Assembly (NCBI RefSeq): GCF_963921235.1
Contig: NC_086097.1
Location: 18,850,001-18,914,000 of the forward strand
Origin: Mobula hypostoma
Lineage: Eukaryota
Direction: 5' to 3'
DNA length: 64,000 nt
The notes under the pieces are model-generated. The model was not told where the DNA came from, ran no database searches, and worked only from the letters and a program-made list of their open reading frames with translations. The translations under genes were made by a program, and so were the position numbers. Within the stretch, counting starts at the first letter, position 1. Each line of letters opens with the position of its first letter. Positions 52,362 through 64,000 of this stretch are shown here, in pieces.

Positions 52362-52645
52362 TGTGCGGCGCGTGGCCAAGTGGTTAGGGCGTTGGGCTAG
52401 CAATCTCAAGTTCGAGCCTCAGCCGGGGCAGCGTGTGCATCCTTGAGCAAGGCACTTAACCACATAATGCTCCAGTCTACCTAGCTCAGAATGGGTACCG
52501 GCAAAAATGCTGGGGGTTAACCTCGCGACAGACTGGTGTCCTATCCAGGGGGAGTCTCATACTCTTGGTCGCTTCATGCCACGGAAACTGCCATAAGCAC
52601 CAGCCTGATGGGCCACAAAGGCTCATGACAGACCTTAATCTTTAA
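52362..52645 (+). mobile_element. tRNA-derived SINE with MetaSINE-like central domain
   Basis: A box tggccaagtgg, B box agttcgagcc, then aatgggtaccggc...gggggttaacctcgcgacagactggtgtcctatccagggggagt...gtcgcttcatgc. Confidence 0.65.
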
Positions 52646-52664
52646 TGCTGAAGGCAGTCTCCAT

Positions 52665-52990
52665 GTTCTCCAAGAGGACCACAACCTTCTCGTAGGGTTT
52701 GGAGGTTTGCGTGCCTCAATAACCTCGAGATTTATGTTGGCTGGAGTCAGGGTTTTATACATTGGGTCACCCATGCCAAACAGGTCAAAGGGCAGAGGAC
52801 AGACCAAGAGTGGTCCACTGGTCCTTAAGTCTCAGGGGTTCAGCTCAGGGCTAACAACCCTGACTAGTCAAAAAAATTGCTATGTAAACAGCAATGAAGA
52901 ACCTTTCTATATCTGTGTGCGATAATGTGGACAAACAGAGATGGAGAACCTTCACTGCTGCCCTAAACACCAGCAGCGTAACTGGCAGTC
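52665..52990 (+). mobile_element. Short RTE-derived non-autonomous element (5' leader plus 3' tail)
   Basis: RTE leader-like ttggaggtttgcgtgcctcaat...gggtcacccatgccaaacaggtcaaag, and a 3' piece encoding ..KQRWRTFTAAL. Confidence 0.55.
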
Positions 52991-53736
52991 TGTCGCCAGG
53001 TGTCGCCATGCTTCTGGCGTCAACATAGCATGCCCACAACCCACTAGCCCTAACCTGTATGTCTTTGAAATATGGAAGGAATCCTACTCAGTCACAGGAA
53101 GAGTGTACAAATTCCTTACAGACAGTGGCCGGAATGAACCCTGATCATACAGCTGGTGCTGTGAAGCGTTACGCTAGGCCTGCTATGCTATGATGCCATC
53201 TTGGTATCCATTCGAGAGGGTCAACTAGGCATTGAATTGAAACCTCGCCGAAGGACAGCAGTTCTGATGGCGCAGCGCTTCCCAGCACAATGCTGAAGCG
53301 GTGCTTGAACCCACAGTCTTCCAACTCGGGTGGAAGTGTCACCATTGAACAATGAGGCATCACAGTGGCACAGCTCCATTACCCTGGGTTCATCCCTGAC
53401 ACCCAGTGCTGTCTTTGTGGAGTCTGCACACTTCCACTGCAACTGCAACGATTTCCTCTGGGTGCACTGGATACCCCACCCATCCTGCACACACTGTAAA
53501 TATAGTCCCTAGTGCAGGCAGGTGGTAGAATCGAGGAGGAAATCGATAGGAACAGGAGGAGGATAACACAGGATTGGTGTAGGATTACTTTGAATAGGTG
53601 TTTGTACGCTTCAGTGGACTGGAAGGCTTCCTGCAAGTTGTACAACAGGTCAGATCATACCAACTCATTGACACCATCCAAAGAGCCATTCTAAGCTAAC
53701 CCCATTCATCTGTGTTTCATCTATATCCCTCTAAAC

Positions 53737-53816
53737 CAGAGGTTCCCAACCTTTTTTATGCTATGGACCAATACCATTAAGTAAGTCATTTGTGGACACC
53801 AGCTTGGGAATTCCCA
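53737..53816. mobile_element. 80-bp hAT MITE with perfect 8-bp TSD
   Basis: CTCTAAAC at 53729-53736 and 53817-53824; termini cagaggttcccaac...ttgggaattccca. A second copy lies at about 21232-21300. Confidence 0.85.
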
Positions 53817-54044
53817 CTCTAAACCTTTCCTATTCATGTATTTATCCAAATATCTTTTCACAAGTTGTAACTATGCCCTCCTCTACCACTTCTTGTTGCA
53901 GCTCATTCCATATACCTACTTCCTTCTGTGTGGGCAACAAGTTGCCCTTCAGGTTCCCTTTCAACTTTTCCAACTCACTTTATTCCCATGCCTTTTAGTC
54001 TTAGATTCCCCTGCCCGGATTGTGGTCATCCACCTGAACTTTGC

Positions 54045-55292
54045 CCATGGTGACGGAGTTGTGGACCAGCTCAAGCAGTTCACTAAAACCAATCTTCCAC
54101 ACATTGACTCTGTTTACACTTCTCGCTGTTTCAGTAAAGAAATCTGCATAATTAAAAACCCCTCCCACCCTAAATATTCTCTCTTCTCCCATCTTCCATC
54201 AGATAGAAAATGCATTAGAAAGCATTCACCACCAGGCTTAAGGACAGCTTCTACCCACTATTATAAGACTATAAAAGGATTCCCAGGTGTGATAAGATGG
54301 GCTCTTAATTTCACTATCTACACTGTTATGATCTTGCATCTCATAGTTTACCTGCACTGCACTTTCACTGTATTTCAGTATTCGTGACAATCATCGAACA
54401 ATTCCAATTCTAATGCTTTACCTTGTTCTTCTTCAATGTAATGATATGACTCAATGTCTGTGAGACCAAACAGCTGATTGTGGACTTCAGGAAGGGTAAG
54501 ATGAAGGAACACAACCCAATCCTCATAGAGGGGTCAGAAGTGAAGAAAGTGAGCAATTTCAAGTTACTGGGTGTCAAGATCTCCGAAGATCTAACCTGGT
54601 CCCGGCTGTAAAGAAGGCAAGACAGCAGCTATATTTCATTAGGAGTTTGAAGAGATTTGGTTTGTCACCTAAACACTGGAAAACTTGTACACAGATGTAC
54701 AATGGAGAACATTCTGACAGGCTGCATCACTGTCTGGTATGGGGGAGAGGGGGGTTGCTGCACAGGACCGAAAGAAGCTACAGAAAGTTGTAAAATCAGT
54801 CAGCTCCATCTTGGGTACTAACCTCCATAGTATACAGGACACCTTCAAGGAGCGGTGCCTCAGAAAGGCGACGTCCATTATTAAGGACCCCCCTCACCCA
54901 GGACTTGCCCTCTTCTCATTGTTACCATCTGGAAGGAGGTACAGAAGCCTAAAGGGACACATTCTGCAATTCAGGAACAGCTTCTTCCCCTCTGCCATCT
55001 GATTCCTTATTGAACATTAGCTCACTTTTTCATATATTATTTATGTTTTTGTGCTATTTTAGTTTAACTATTTAATATAAATCTTTTTACTTACTGTAAA
55101 TGATTTGCTTATTTATTTTTTTCTATATTATCCTGTGTTTGCATTGTACTGCTGCTGCTAAGTTAACAAATTTCACAACACGTGCCAAACCTGATTCTGA
55201 TTCTGTTTCTGATCTGTATGAACACTATGCAAGGCAAGCTCTTCACTGTATTTCAGTATTCGTGACAATCATTGAACAATTCCAATTCTAAT
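54045..55292 (+). mobile_element. Nested Rex1/Babar 3' fragments (younger copy at about 54450-55212 inside an older one)
   Basis: LIVDFRKG, FKLLGV, KDPPHPGLALFSLLPSGRRYRSLK, and a (ctgatt)n tail. Confidence 0.85.
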
Positions 55293-55559
55293 TCATATAT
55301 TTCCTCCTCCTTCTCCTTGTTTACTGGCTCCATCATTATGCATTCCTTTATAACCTCTTCCTATCTTCTATCTGCCTATAAATTTTAAATAACCCTTCTC
55401 CACATAGTTCAGAAATTCAGTCCTATCTCAAGGGATAACTCAATGCACTGTGTGATGATTTCATCTATATGAACAGTTTGCAAGACAAGCTCTTCATTGT
55501 ATCTCAATACATGTGACAACAGTAAACCAAGTATTGATCTGGTTAGATCATTATTAATT

Positions 55560-56012
55560 TGACTGGACTGTATTTGGAAAATTGTATTCAGTTCTGTTTG
55601 CCTCATTATAGGAAGGATGCAGAGGCTTTAGAGAGGGCACGGTGGAGATATACAAGGATGCATCCTGGATTAGAGAGCATGTCTTATGAGGATAAGTTGA
55701 GCGAGTTATGGCTTTTCTTTTTGCTGTGAAGGAGGATGGATGTTGTAACTTGATAAAAATGTACAAGATGATGAAAGGCCAGCCAGAGTGGACAGCCAGA
55801 GATTTTTCCGTAAGGCCTAACACAAATTTATGGTGAGAGAAAAGTATAGGGGGGGATGTCAGGGATGGGCTTTTTTTTTAAAACACAGAGAGTGGTGGTA
55901 AGGTAGAACACACTGCCAAGAGTGATGGTAGAGGCAGATATATTAGGGACATTTAAAAAGCTCTTAGGTAGGAACATGGAAAAAAGGACTATGTGGGAGG
56001 GAAGGATTAGAT
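55560..56012 (+). mobile_element. CR1 3' fragment, continuing at 61491-61578 after the hAT insertion
   Basis: The 3' UTR ctatgtgggagggaaggattagat resumes as tgatcttggagaaggttaaaa...tgttcta, collinear with the uninterrupted copy at 17470-17575. Confidence 0.8.
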
Positions 56013-59000
56013 CAGTGGTTCCCAAACTTTTTTAGGTTACTAACCCAATGCCCCATTCTCCCTCCTCTGCCATCACATAAAAAATCCTTGTGATGCACTG
56101 CGAAAGATAATAGTCACTGCAAATTCAAATGCAGTGATAAATAATTGCAAAAATATTCAAATCTATTTAAAGCTACAAATTAAAGTACTTCTTTATTTAA
56201 TTATAGTAAAACAATCTTCATCAACAACTTTAGAGCGTATGGTAGTATTCCAACTATTCATTGCTTTCACACTGTTCATTCAGAGAGATGGGCTTGGCGC
56301 AGCGATATCTGCTTCTCAGCGTCAGGCTGAATGTCACTCAGAAGGAGTCTCACATCCCCATGTTCAGTAATTTTCAGTCTGCTTCATTGCTTTGAAAGAA
56401 GTTGGGCAACTGAACTGAAACTGCGCTCCACTAAATATGATGTTGGAAAGGGAATAAAGAATATTATGACCTTATTTCACAGCGCAGACTAACATTCAAA
56501 GATTTCTTTCAGCAACTTAAGATCTTGTTGTGATTTTTTGAACCTCAGCTTCAGCTCAAAGTCATTTTGTAGCGAGATCAGTTCTTCCTCCATCCTTCCC
56601 GTTAATTTCTCATTACAAGTGTTCAGGAATGGATTTATTACCCAAAGTAGAATTTGGATCGAGAGAAGATCCTGTGAAATATCTCCAAGCTGTCTTTATG
56701 CAGCTCACCCAGGTGGGCACAGTATAATTGAAGATCAGCAACTGGTATTCTTTCTTTCTCTTCCAACTCAGAGATTCTCAGAAATTGATAAGATCATGAT
56801 AGCCAATGTTGCACTTAAATAAGGTTAACGTACACAAATGTGGAGAAAACCGATTTTGATAAGACTCACATCATTTCCTTGCAATTGAGGACCGATTTCA
56901 TTAAACTTTGTGATAATTCTGACATATAAGCAATGTCATGCCAAATATTCTTGAGTTGATTACTGAATGAAGTATTTGACTCTTCAAAGGATTTCATCAC
57001 AATTTCAAAAAGCACATATAAGTGTCTCAGGCAGCTTCCTTTTGAGAGTCATCTGAATTCTGTGTGCAAAAGTAAGCATTCAAACTGTTCATCATTCATA
57101 ATACAAAGCTCTCGAAATAGTCAAGAATTGAGAGCATGGGACTTGATTTTATTTACTACTGAGATAACAGTATTTAATGATTTGTGCAGCTGATCACAGG
57201 CTTTTAGCAACAAGACATTGTCTGTGAATTACACAATAAATAGTAAATATGTTAGGTACAGCTTTTTTCAAGAAAGTAGTAACTCCACAATAGCATCTTG
57301 TCATTGATGGTGCCCCATCTGTTGCATGAGCAAGAATATTGGTGAGCGAAATATCCTACTCTTTGAAAAATTGAACAACCCGAAATATTGATATTCCTTT
57401 CATAGCTGTTTCTCATCCCCTTGCAAATAACAACCCTTGAACAATGCTTTTACCTTTTATAAAGTGGGCATAACAAAGAAGCAAAGCTGACTCATCCAAT
57501 TGCAGAGCAAATTCTGTTGCCCTCAGTATATTGCACAATGTGTCTTCCACATTCTCAGACATTTCATCTATTTGTCTTTGAACAGAGTTGTCACTGAGTG
57601 AAACTGTTTTAATTATTTGGTCTGGAGACTTATGCCATACTCAGAACCTTTCTTACTGCTGGCACAATCAGTTCTTCTCCAATTGTATGGGGCTTTCCAG
57701 ATTTAGCAATGAGCAATAAAATGTTGTAAGAAGCACTCAGATCATCACTGCATAAGAAATAAAATGGACGATCTTGAAATTCAGCTACAGATTGGCAAGT
57801 ATGATGCTGTGGCCATCTCTGAAACTTCGCTAAAGGATGGCTGCCATTGGGAGTTGAATGACCAAGGATATACAGTGTGTCAGAAAGGTAGGTTAGCAGG
57901 CAGAGGGGGTGCTGTTGCTCTGTGTATAAGAAATAATATTCAATCATTAGAAAGGGATGACATAGGATTGGAAGGTGTAGAGTCTCTATGAGTTGAGTTA
58001 AGAAATGACAAGGGTAAAAAGACCCTAATGGCAGTTGTATACAGGACTCCGAACAACAGCCGGGATGTGGATTACAAATTACAGCTGGAGATAGAAAAGG
58101 CATGTCAGAAGGGCAATGTCATGATAATCGTTGGGAATTTTAACATGAAAGTGGATTGGGAAAACCAGGTCAGTACTGGACCTCAAGAGAGAGAATTTAT
58201 AGAATGTCTAAGGGATGGCTTTTTAGTACAGCTTGTTGTTGAGCCCACTAGTGGATCGGCTGTGCTGGATAGGGTTTTGTGCAATGAAACGGAGGTGATA
58301 AGAGAGCTTAACGTTAAGGAACCCTTGGGAAACAGTGATCACAATATGCTCGAGTTCACTTTGAAATTTGAGAAGGACAAACTAAATTCCAATGTGTCGG
58401 TATTTCAGTGGAATAAAGGAATGGCGTGAGAGGAGAACTAGCCAAGATTGACTGGAAAGGGACACTAGCAAGAAGGAGAACAGAGCAGCAATGGCTGGAA
58501 GTTTCTGCTAGAAATAAGGGAAGTGGAAGACAGATATATTCCAAATAAGAAGAAACTTTCAAATGGAAGAAGGACACTACCGTGGCTGACAGGTGAAGTT
58601 AGAGCCAAAGTAAAAGCAAAAGAGAGGGCATACAAGGAAGCCAAAGCTAGCGGGAAGATAAAGGATTGGGAAGCTTTTAAAAACTTGCAGAAAGAAACTA
58701 AGAAGGTCATTAGGAAGGAAAAGATGAATTATGAAAGGAAGCTGGCGACTAAAATCAAAGAAAAAGCTTTTTTGAGTATAGAAAGGGTAAATGAGAGTCG
58801 AGGGTAGATATAGGACCAATAGAAAGTGATGCTGGAGATATTGTAATGAGAGATCCAGAGATGGTAGAGGAACTGAATGCATATTTTGCATCAGTCTTCA
58901 CAATGGAAGACATCTGCAGTATACCTGACATTCAAGAGTGTCAGGGAAGTGAAATATGTGCAGTGAAAATTGCAACTGAGAAGATGCTCAGGAAGCTTAA

Positions 59001-61490
59001 TGGTCTGAGGGTGGATAAATCTCCTGGACCTGATGGAATGCACCCTTGGGTTCTGAAGGAAGTAGCTGGAGAGATTGCGGAGGCATTAATGACGATCTTT
59101 CAACAATCGATAGATTCTGGCATTGTACTGGGTGACCGGAAAATTGCAAATGTTACTCCACTATTTAAGAAGGGTGGGACACAGCAGAAAGGAAACTATA
59201 GACCTGTTAGCCTGATATCAGTGGTTGGGAAGTTGTTGGGGTCAATTGTTAGGGATGAGATTACGGAATAACTGGAGGCACGTGACAAGATAGGCCAAAG
59301 CCAGCATGGTTTCCTGAAAGGAAAATCCTGCCTGACTAACCTACTGCAATTCTTTGAGGGAATTACAAGCAGGGTAGACAAAGGAGATTCAGTAGATGTA
59401 GTGTACTTGGATTTTCAGAGGGCCTTTGACAAGGTACCGCACATGAGGCTGCTTAGCAAGATAAGAGCCCATGGAATTACAGGGAAGTTACTAGCATGGG
59501 TGGAGCACTGGCTGATCGGCAGAAAACAGAGAGTGGGAATAAAGGGATCCTATTTTGGCTGGCTGCTAGTTACCAGTGGAGTTTCACAGGGTTCGGTGCT
59601 GGGACCACTTTTTACTATCTATGTCAATAATTTGGTATTAATGGATTTGTGGCTAAATTTTCCAATGATACAAAGACAGGTGGAGAAGCAGGTAGTGTTG
59701 AGGAAAGAGAGAGCCTGCAGAGAGACTTAGATAGTTTAGGGAAATGGGCAAAGAAGTGGCAAATGAAATACAATGTTGGAAAGTGTATGGTCATGCACTT
59801 TGGTGGTAGAAATAAATGGGCAGACTATTATTTAGATGGGGAGAGAATTCAAAGTTCTGAGATGCAAAGGGACTTGGAGTCCTTGTGCAGGATACCCTAA
59901 AGGTTAACCTCCAGGTTGAGTCGGTGGTGAAGAAGGCAAATGCAATGTTGGCATTCATTTCTAGAGGTATAGAATATAAGAGCAGGGTTATGATGTTGAG
60001 GCTTTATAAGGCACTCGTGAAACCATACTTGGAGTATTGTGTGAAGTTTTGGGCTCCTTATTTTAGGAAGGACATACTGACATTGGAGGGGGTTCAGAGA
60101 AGATTCACGAGAATGATTCCAGAATGAAAGGGTTACCATATGAGGAACATCTGACAGCTCTTGGTCTGTATTCCCTGGAGTTCAGGAGAATGAGGGGTAA
60201 TCTGATAGAAACATTCCGAATGTTAAAAGACCTGAACAGATTAGATACGGTAAAGTTATTTCCCATGATAGGAGAGTCTTGACCAAGAGGGCATGATTGA
60301 AGGATATCCATTTAAAATAGAGATGTGGAGAAATTACTTTAGTCAGACGGTGGTAAATCTGTGGAATTTGGTGCCATAAGTGGCTGTGGAGACCAAGTCA
60401 TTGGGTGCATTTAAGGCAGAGATAGATCGGTTCTTGATTAACCAGGGCATCAAAGGGTATGGGGAGAAGGCAGGGGAGTGGGGATGACTGGAAGAATTGG
60501 ACCAGCTCATGATTGAATGGTGGAGTAGACTCGATGGGCCAAATGGCCTACTTCTGCTCCTATATCTTATGGTCTTATGGTTGCCTTTACATGCATGTTT
60601 TGAAGTATTCTCCACTTCTGAAATGTTTCACAAAGTAACTGAAAGTAAGTTAAGTTCTTGTTTGCTCGATCAGAGTGTATTCCCTCCAATGTTCAATGAG
60701 CCTGGACAGTTTCATTACGTCATTTGAAAAAAAAAAGCTTTTTCACACAAAAGACACATTGGTTGCTTGGTGCTGATATAAATCCAAATTCTTTTACTCC
60801 ACACTATACTGTCCAGATTTCTTTTTCATTTGATCTGCTTCTGCCGTTTTTGTTATGGATTAATAACCACAGTCAATCACCGATTGTTTAAGTCCAACCT
60901 GAAGGGCTGCAATCAATAAGGGGGAAAGGTATGATGTCATCATAGCTCAGGCAAAACCTGAAGCCACATAAAGTAGGGCAGCAATATCGTGGTGCAGCCA
61001 TAGGCTGGCAAAATGCAGTCAAGGCCATTGGAAAGGGCAGATTCTGAACTTCACTCCATGAATGCCGTACACTAATTCACAGGAATTGTGTCACTGCATG
61101 ATTAGAGTATGGGAATTGTGCCAGGTAACACTGTACTACAGTAGTGAACAGCAATATTGCATGGGCTGGGCCCAGAAGTAACTTTTTCCGTCTAGATTTC
61201 TCACAATATGCCAAATATAGAGTGTTACTTTGCTTTTCAACAATTGTAACAAGTTTTGAGCAAAGTCTAAGAGACCGGCAGATTAGCAATTGATGAGATG
61301 ATTACATGATCATTTATAAGGCACTGAGGATCAAATGTTTAAAATAATTAATTTCTTAAATTAAGGCTGTAATCCATCAGCTGTCCCCCTTGCTACCAAG
61401 TGCCCTCCCACCTCCCCTTTTATCTTTATCACCCCCTTCGAAACTCCCACTGGCCCCATGGGGTCATATCGCCCACTTTGGGAACCACTG
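56013..61490 (-). mobile_element. Full-length Buster/Charlie-type hAT DNA transposon (about 2.65 kb without the nested CR1), with a decayed transposase
   Basis: TIRs CAGTGGTTCCCAAA and TTTGGGAACCACTG; TSD gattagat/gattgggt. BED-finger N-terminus at about 60590-60850 (KKK..QYSVE...MCLLCEK..SND.MK.SRL.EH), SYNILLLIAKSGKPHTIGEELIVPA, FALQLDES, ATDGAPSM, and a C-terminal QAHLS near 56280. Confidence 0.92.
57751..60580 (+). mobile_element. CR1 LINE (almost complete ORF2 EN-RT, degenerate) nested in the hAT transposase
   Basis: YDAVAISET, VYRTPN, VGNFN, LGNSDHN, KSPGPDGMHP, LDFQRAFDKVPH, GVSQGSVLGP, FSND; tail tcttatggtcttatgg. Confidence 0.95.
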
Positions 61491-61964
61491 GATTGGGTTG
61501 ATCTTGGAGAAGGTTAAAATATTGGAACAATATTGCGGGCTGAAGAGCTTGTATTGCCTCATATTCTGTGTTCTAATTCTAATTCCAATTGAAATTTATT
61601 TTTGGAGGTTCACATTGACCATTTTAATGCCCATTAAAATACGTTTGTAGATTTGTGTGCCAATGTCTCAGGTTATCAGTATTCAAAGAAAATCACTAAG
61701 ACTATGAGCATTTCAAGAAGGTGCATAACACAGGGACCATGAAAAGCAAACAGATGCCACACAACAGACCCATCCCTCATGTAGATACATCTACATCTAT
61801 ACATACATCACCCCCCCCCCAAAACTTCACACACACGCCTCTCATAAACAGTACCGCTCCATGGCATACAGTATAAAATGCTAAAATAGCAAACGTAGAA
61901 AGGAGTAAATGCTTCAGGTTATATTAATGTAGAGAAAAAAAACATGTGAAAATGTAGGCCTACA

Positions 61965-62312
61965 AATTAAGTGCAAGAGTTGGGAAGACATGAAGCAGTT
62001 GAGGTTCACTTGAAGTATTGCACACATTTCTGGTCCCTGCACTGGGATGTGGCCTGCAATGGAGGGACTTTGGTTACATGGAGGGTACAGGTAGGCTGGA
62101 TCTGTTCACACTGGAGTTTTTGGAGGTATACGGGACATTCAGAGGCATGGATAGAGTAGATAGACAGACCCTATCTCCCCAAGGTTGAAGAGAATAAAGC
62201 CAGGAATGGGTTTAGGTTGGGAAGGGAGAAATTTAAAGGTGCTCCAGGGGTAGTTTTTTTTCACACAGAGGGTGATGATTATCTGGAATGACCTGCCAGA
62301 GGAGGTGATTGG
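61965..62312 (+). mobile_element. Old CR1 3' fragment
   Basis: HLKYCTHFWS, and ttcacacagagggtgatg..tctggaatgacctgccagaggagg (FTQRV..IWNDLPEE). Confidence 0.7.
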
Positions 62313-62319
62313 GCGAATT

Positions 62320-62950
62320 GTCAGGGGTCAAGTGGTGACGTTACATTCATCAAGGAGTTTCCTTTCCTCCATCCTTCTGGCGACCTTTCTCTTTGCAAAA
62401 CTCAAACAGAGTGTCAGCATCGGGAAGCTGTTATTAGGCTTCTGAACAACACGGCTAGTCCAACAGAGTCAACAGATTACAACTAGGGCCTCAGTACTGG
62501 AGATGTTGCCCTGGGAAAGGACGCTGGCACTGATTTGCTTATCCATTCAGCGGACGTGGAGGACTTAGTGGATACGATAGTGGTGGTATCATTGCCATTA
62601 TCTGGGGATGCCTGCTAGAGGTAGACCTGGGCACAGAAGCATACTGATGAGGAGAGATCACGACTGATCTTGTCTTGTACCAGGTCTTTTGTCTTGATTC
62701 TCAAACACACTTTCCCACAAACTATGAAAGGCAGCACTGGCACACTGAAGAGATGGTGAATCTCATCACCGATGTCTGTCTCACGTAGCTACTGAGATAC
62801 TGGGACCGGTTCGTATTATCCAGAATCCAACCATGAAATATAGTTGTCAGAGATCAGAGTAGTGAGGTGAAAATAGATTAGGAGAGGACCTTTGTTTTGC
62901 AGAGATTGAGCATAAGGCCATCTTCATATACACCTCGGTGAAGAGTGAAC
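62320..62950 (-). mobile_element. Old RTE LINE fragment (region C-terminal to RT)
   Basis: Minus-strand translation resembles GLMLNLCKTKVL...YLS...IGDEIHHL..ASAAF..L...VFEN. Confidence 0.65.
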
Positions 62951-64000
62951 ATGCGGAGCAGTAGCATAGCAGATAGTATAACACTATTACAGTGTCAGCA
63001 ACCCGAGTTAAATTCCATAGCTGTCTGTAAGGAGTCTGTAGATCTGCCCCATGACTGTGGGTTTCTTTTGGGTGCTCCTGTTTCTTCCCTCATTCCAAAT
63101 ACATATGGGTTAGCAGGTTAATTAGTCACATGGGTCTAATTGGGTGGTGCAGGCCAGTTAGCATGCTATATCTCTAAAAAAAAATCAAGTCAAGAATCCC
63201 TTGGAACTAGGCTTCTGAGTGTGCACGCCTATGTACTGAAGCTCACCTAAAGTTCAGATGACCTTCATTCTAGAGCTTACTTGCCACAGAATGAACAGAT
63301 TCCATTAGTTCTGAAGACTGGTTCCGCTCCCACATAACAGAGCAATGCAACCAGAAACAGTGAAGAAAATGTCAAGCTAAAGACACTAAGACTGGTTCCA
63401 TTGGTGACCTGTTGTTCATATCAAGTGTTGTACCATCAGAGCAAAGTGAAATGGAGACAAGTTTCTGGGAATCAGAATTTGAGGAAGATGTTTCACTGTC
63501 CCTGCTGAATGGAATCAAATATTTTACTGGAATCAGAGAAGGCCACTGATAGTGCTTGATATATGACAAGCAATGGCCCAAAGTGTTGCCTGTTTATTCA
63601 TTACCATAGATGCTGCCCGACCTGCTGAGTTCCTCCAGCATTTTGTGAGTGGTATCAATGAACGGCTGGACATTGATAACATGTTACCCTTATGCATGAC
63701 ATGCAATAGTTGACTTAGTAGTGCGGTAGGAAATCTCTGTTGAAAGCCATCGCATTGTAAACCAAAAATGGTCATCTGAGCATCTTTAATTCTTACATCA
63801 GCACCTGTCAGAAACTAGAACAGAGACTAAAACAGCCCAACACTAAAATAAGCTTGCAGAAAGTGGGATATCCATTTGATTCCAATCAGGAACATCTTCC
63901 ACAATGAAATTAAACCTCAGTTATTGACTTAAGGCTGCAGTGAACAACACGGGCTGGAGGTTACATATTATGAGCCATCACACTGTGCCAATTAACTGTG

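Larger units (their letters stand above)
52085..53360 (-). mobile_element. Old DeuSINE-like element (about 52085-52280 plus 53200-53360) split by nested younger retroelements
   Basis: Minus-strand tRNA-like head (gtgggttcaagc) followed by gggaagcgctgcgccatcagaactgctgtccttcggcgag, resembling the Deu domain as I recall it. A 3'-like remainder lies about 0.9 kb away. Confidence 0.5.

Noticed and set aside
52362..52430. Possible tRNA gene (also about 49100-49175 and 62955-63020)
   Set aside because: A and B boxes are present but there is no complete cloverleaf, and each continues into a SINE body.
56277..60850. Possible domesticated ZBED5/SCAND3/FAM200-like gene
   Set aside because: It is flanked by TIRs and a TSD, has many stops and frameshifts, and is interrupted by a CR1.

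Overview
Vertebrate genomic DNA, most likely from a cartilaginous fish (ray or shark). This is inferred from the repeat repertoire: HER1-like CR1 LINEs, HE1/V-SINE-like SINEs and Penelope-derived elements carrying hammerhead motifs. The window is intronic or intergenic and consists mostly of nested, decayed transposable elements: CR1, Rex1/Babar, RTE and L2 LINEs, three Gypsy-type LTR elements, a solo LTR, a class I ERV integrase remnant, a full-length Buster/Charlie-type hAT split by a CR1, Tc1 and hAT MITEs, and several SINE families. I could not identify any host protein-coding gene; only a few weak splice-site-bounded candidate exons appear on the minus strand. The most notable observations are a minimal hammerhead ribozyme with an intact core (14459-14494) among decayed siblings, an unexplained inverted repeat in unique sequence overlapping a candidate exon (about 48.0 and 49.3 kb), a reconstructable hAT with a possibly cognate 80-bp MITE, an internally deleted two-LTR Gypsy with a PNMA-like gag, and SINEs that share one tRNA head but have different bodies. 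I found no convincing evidence of a wholly new biological system. Family names come from motif recognition by eye and need database confirmation.
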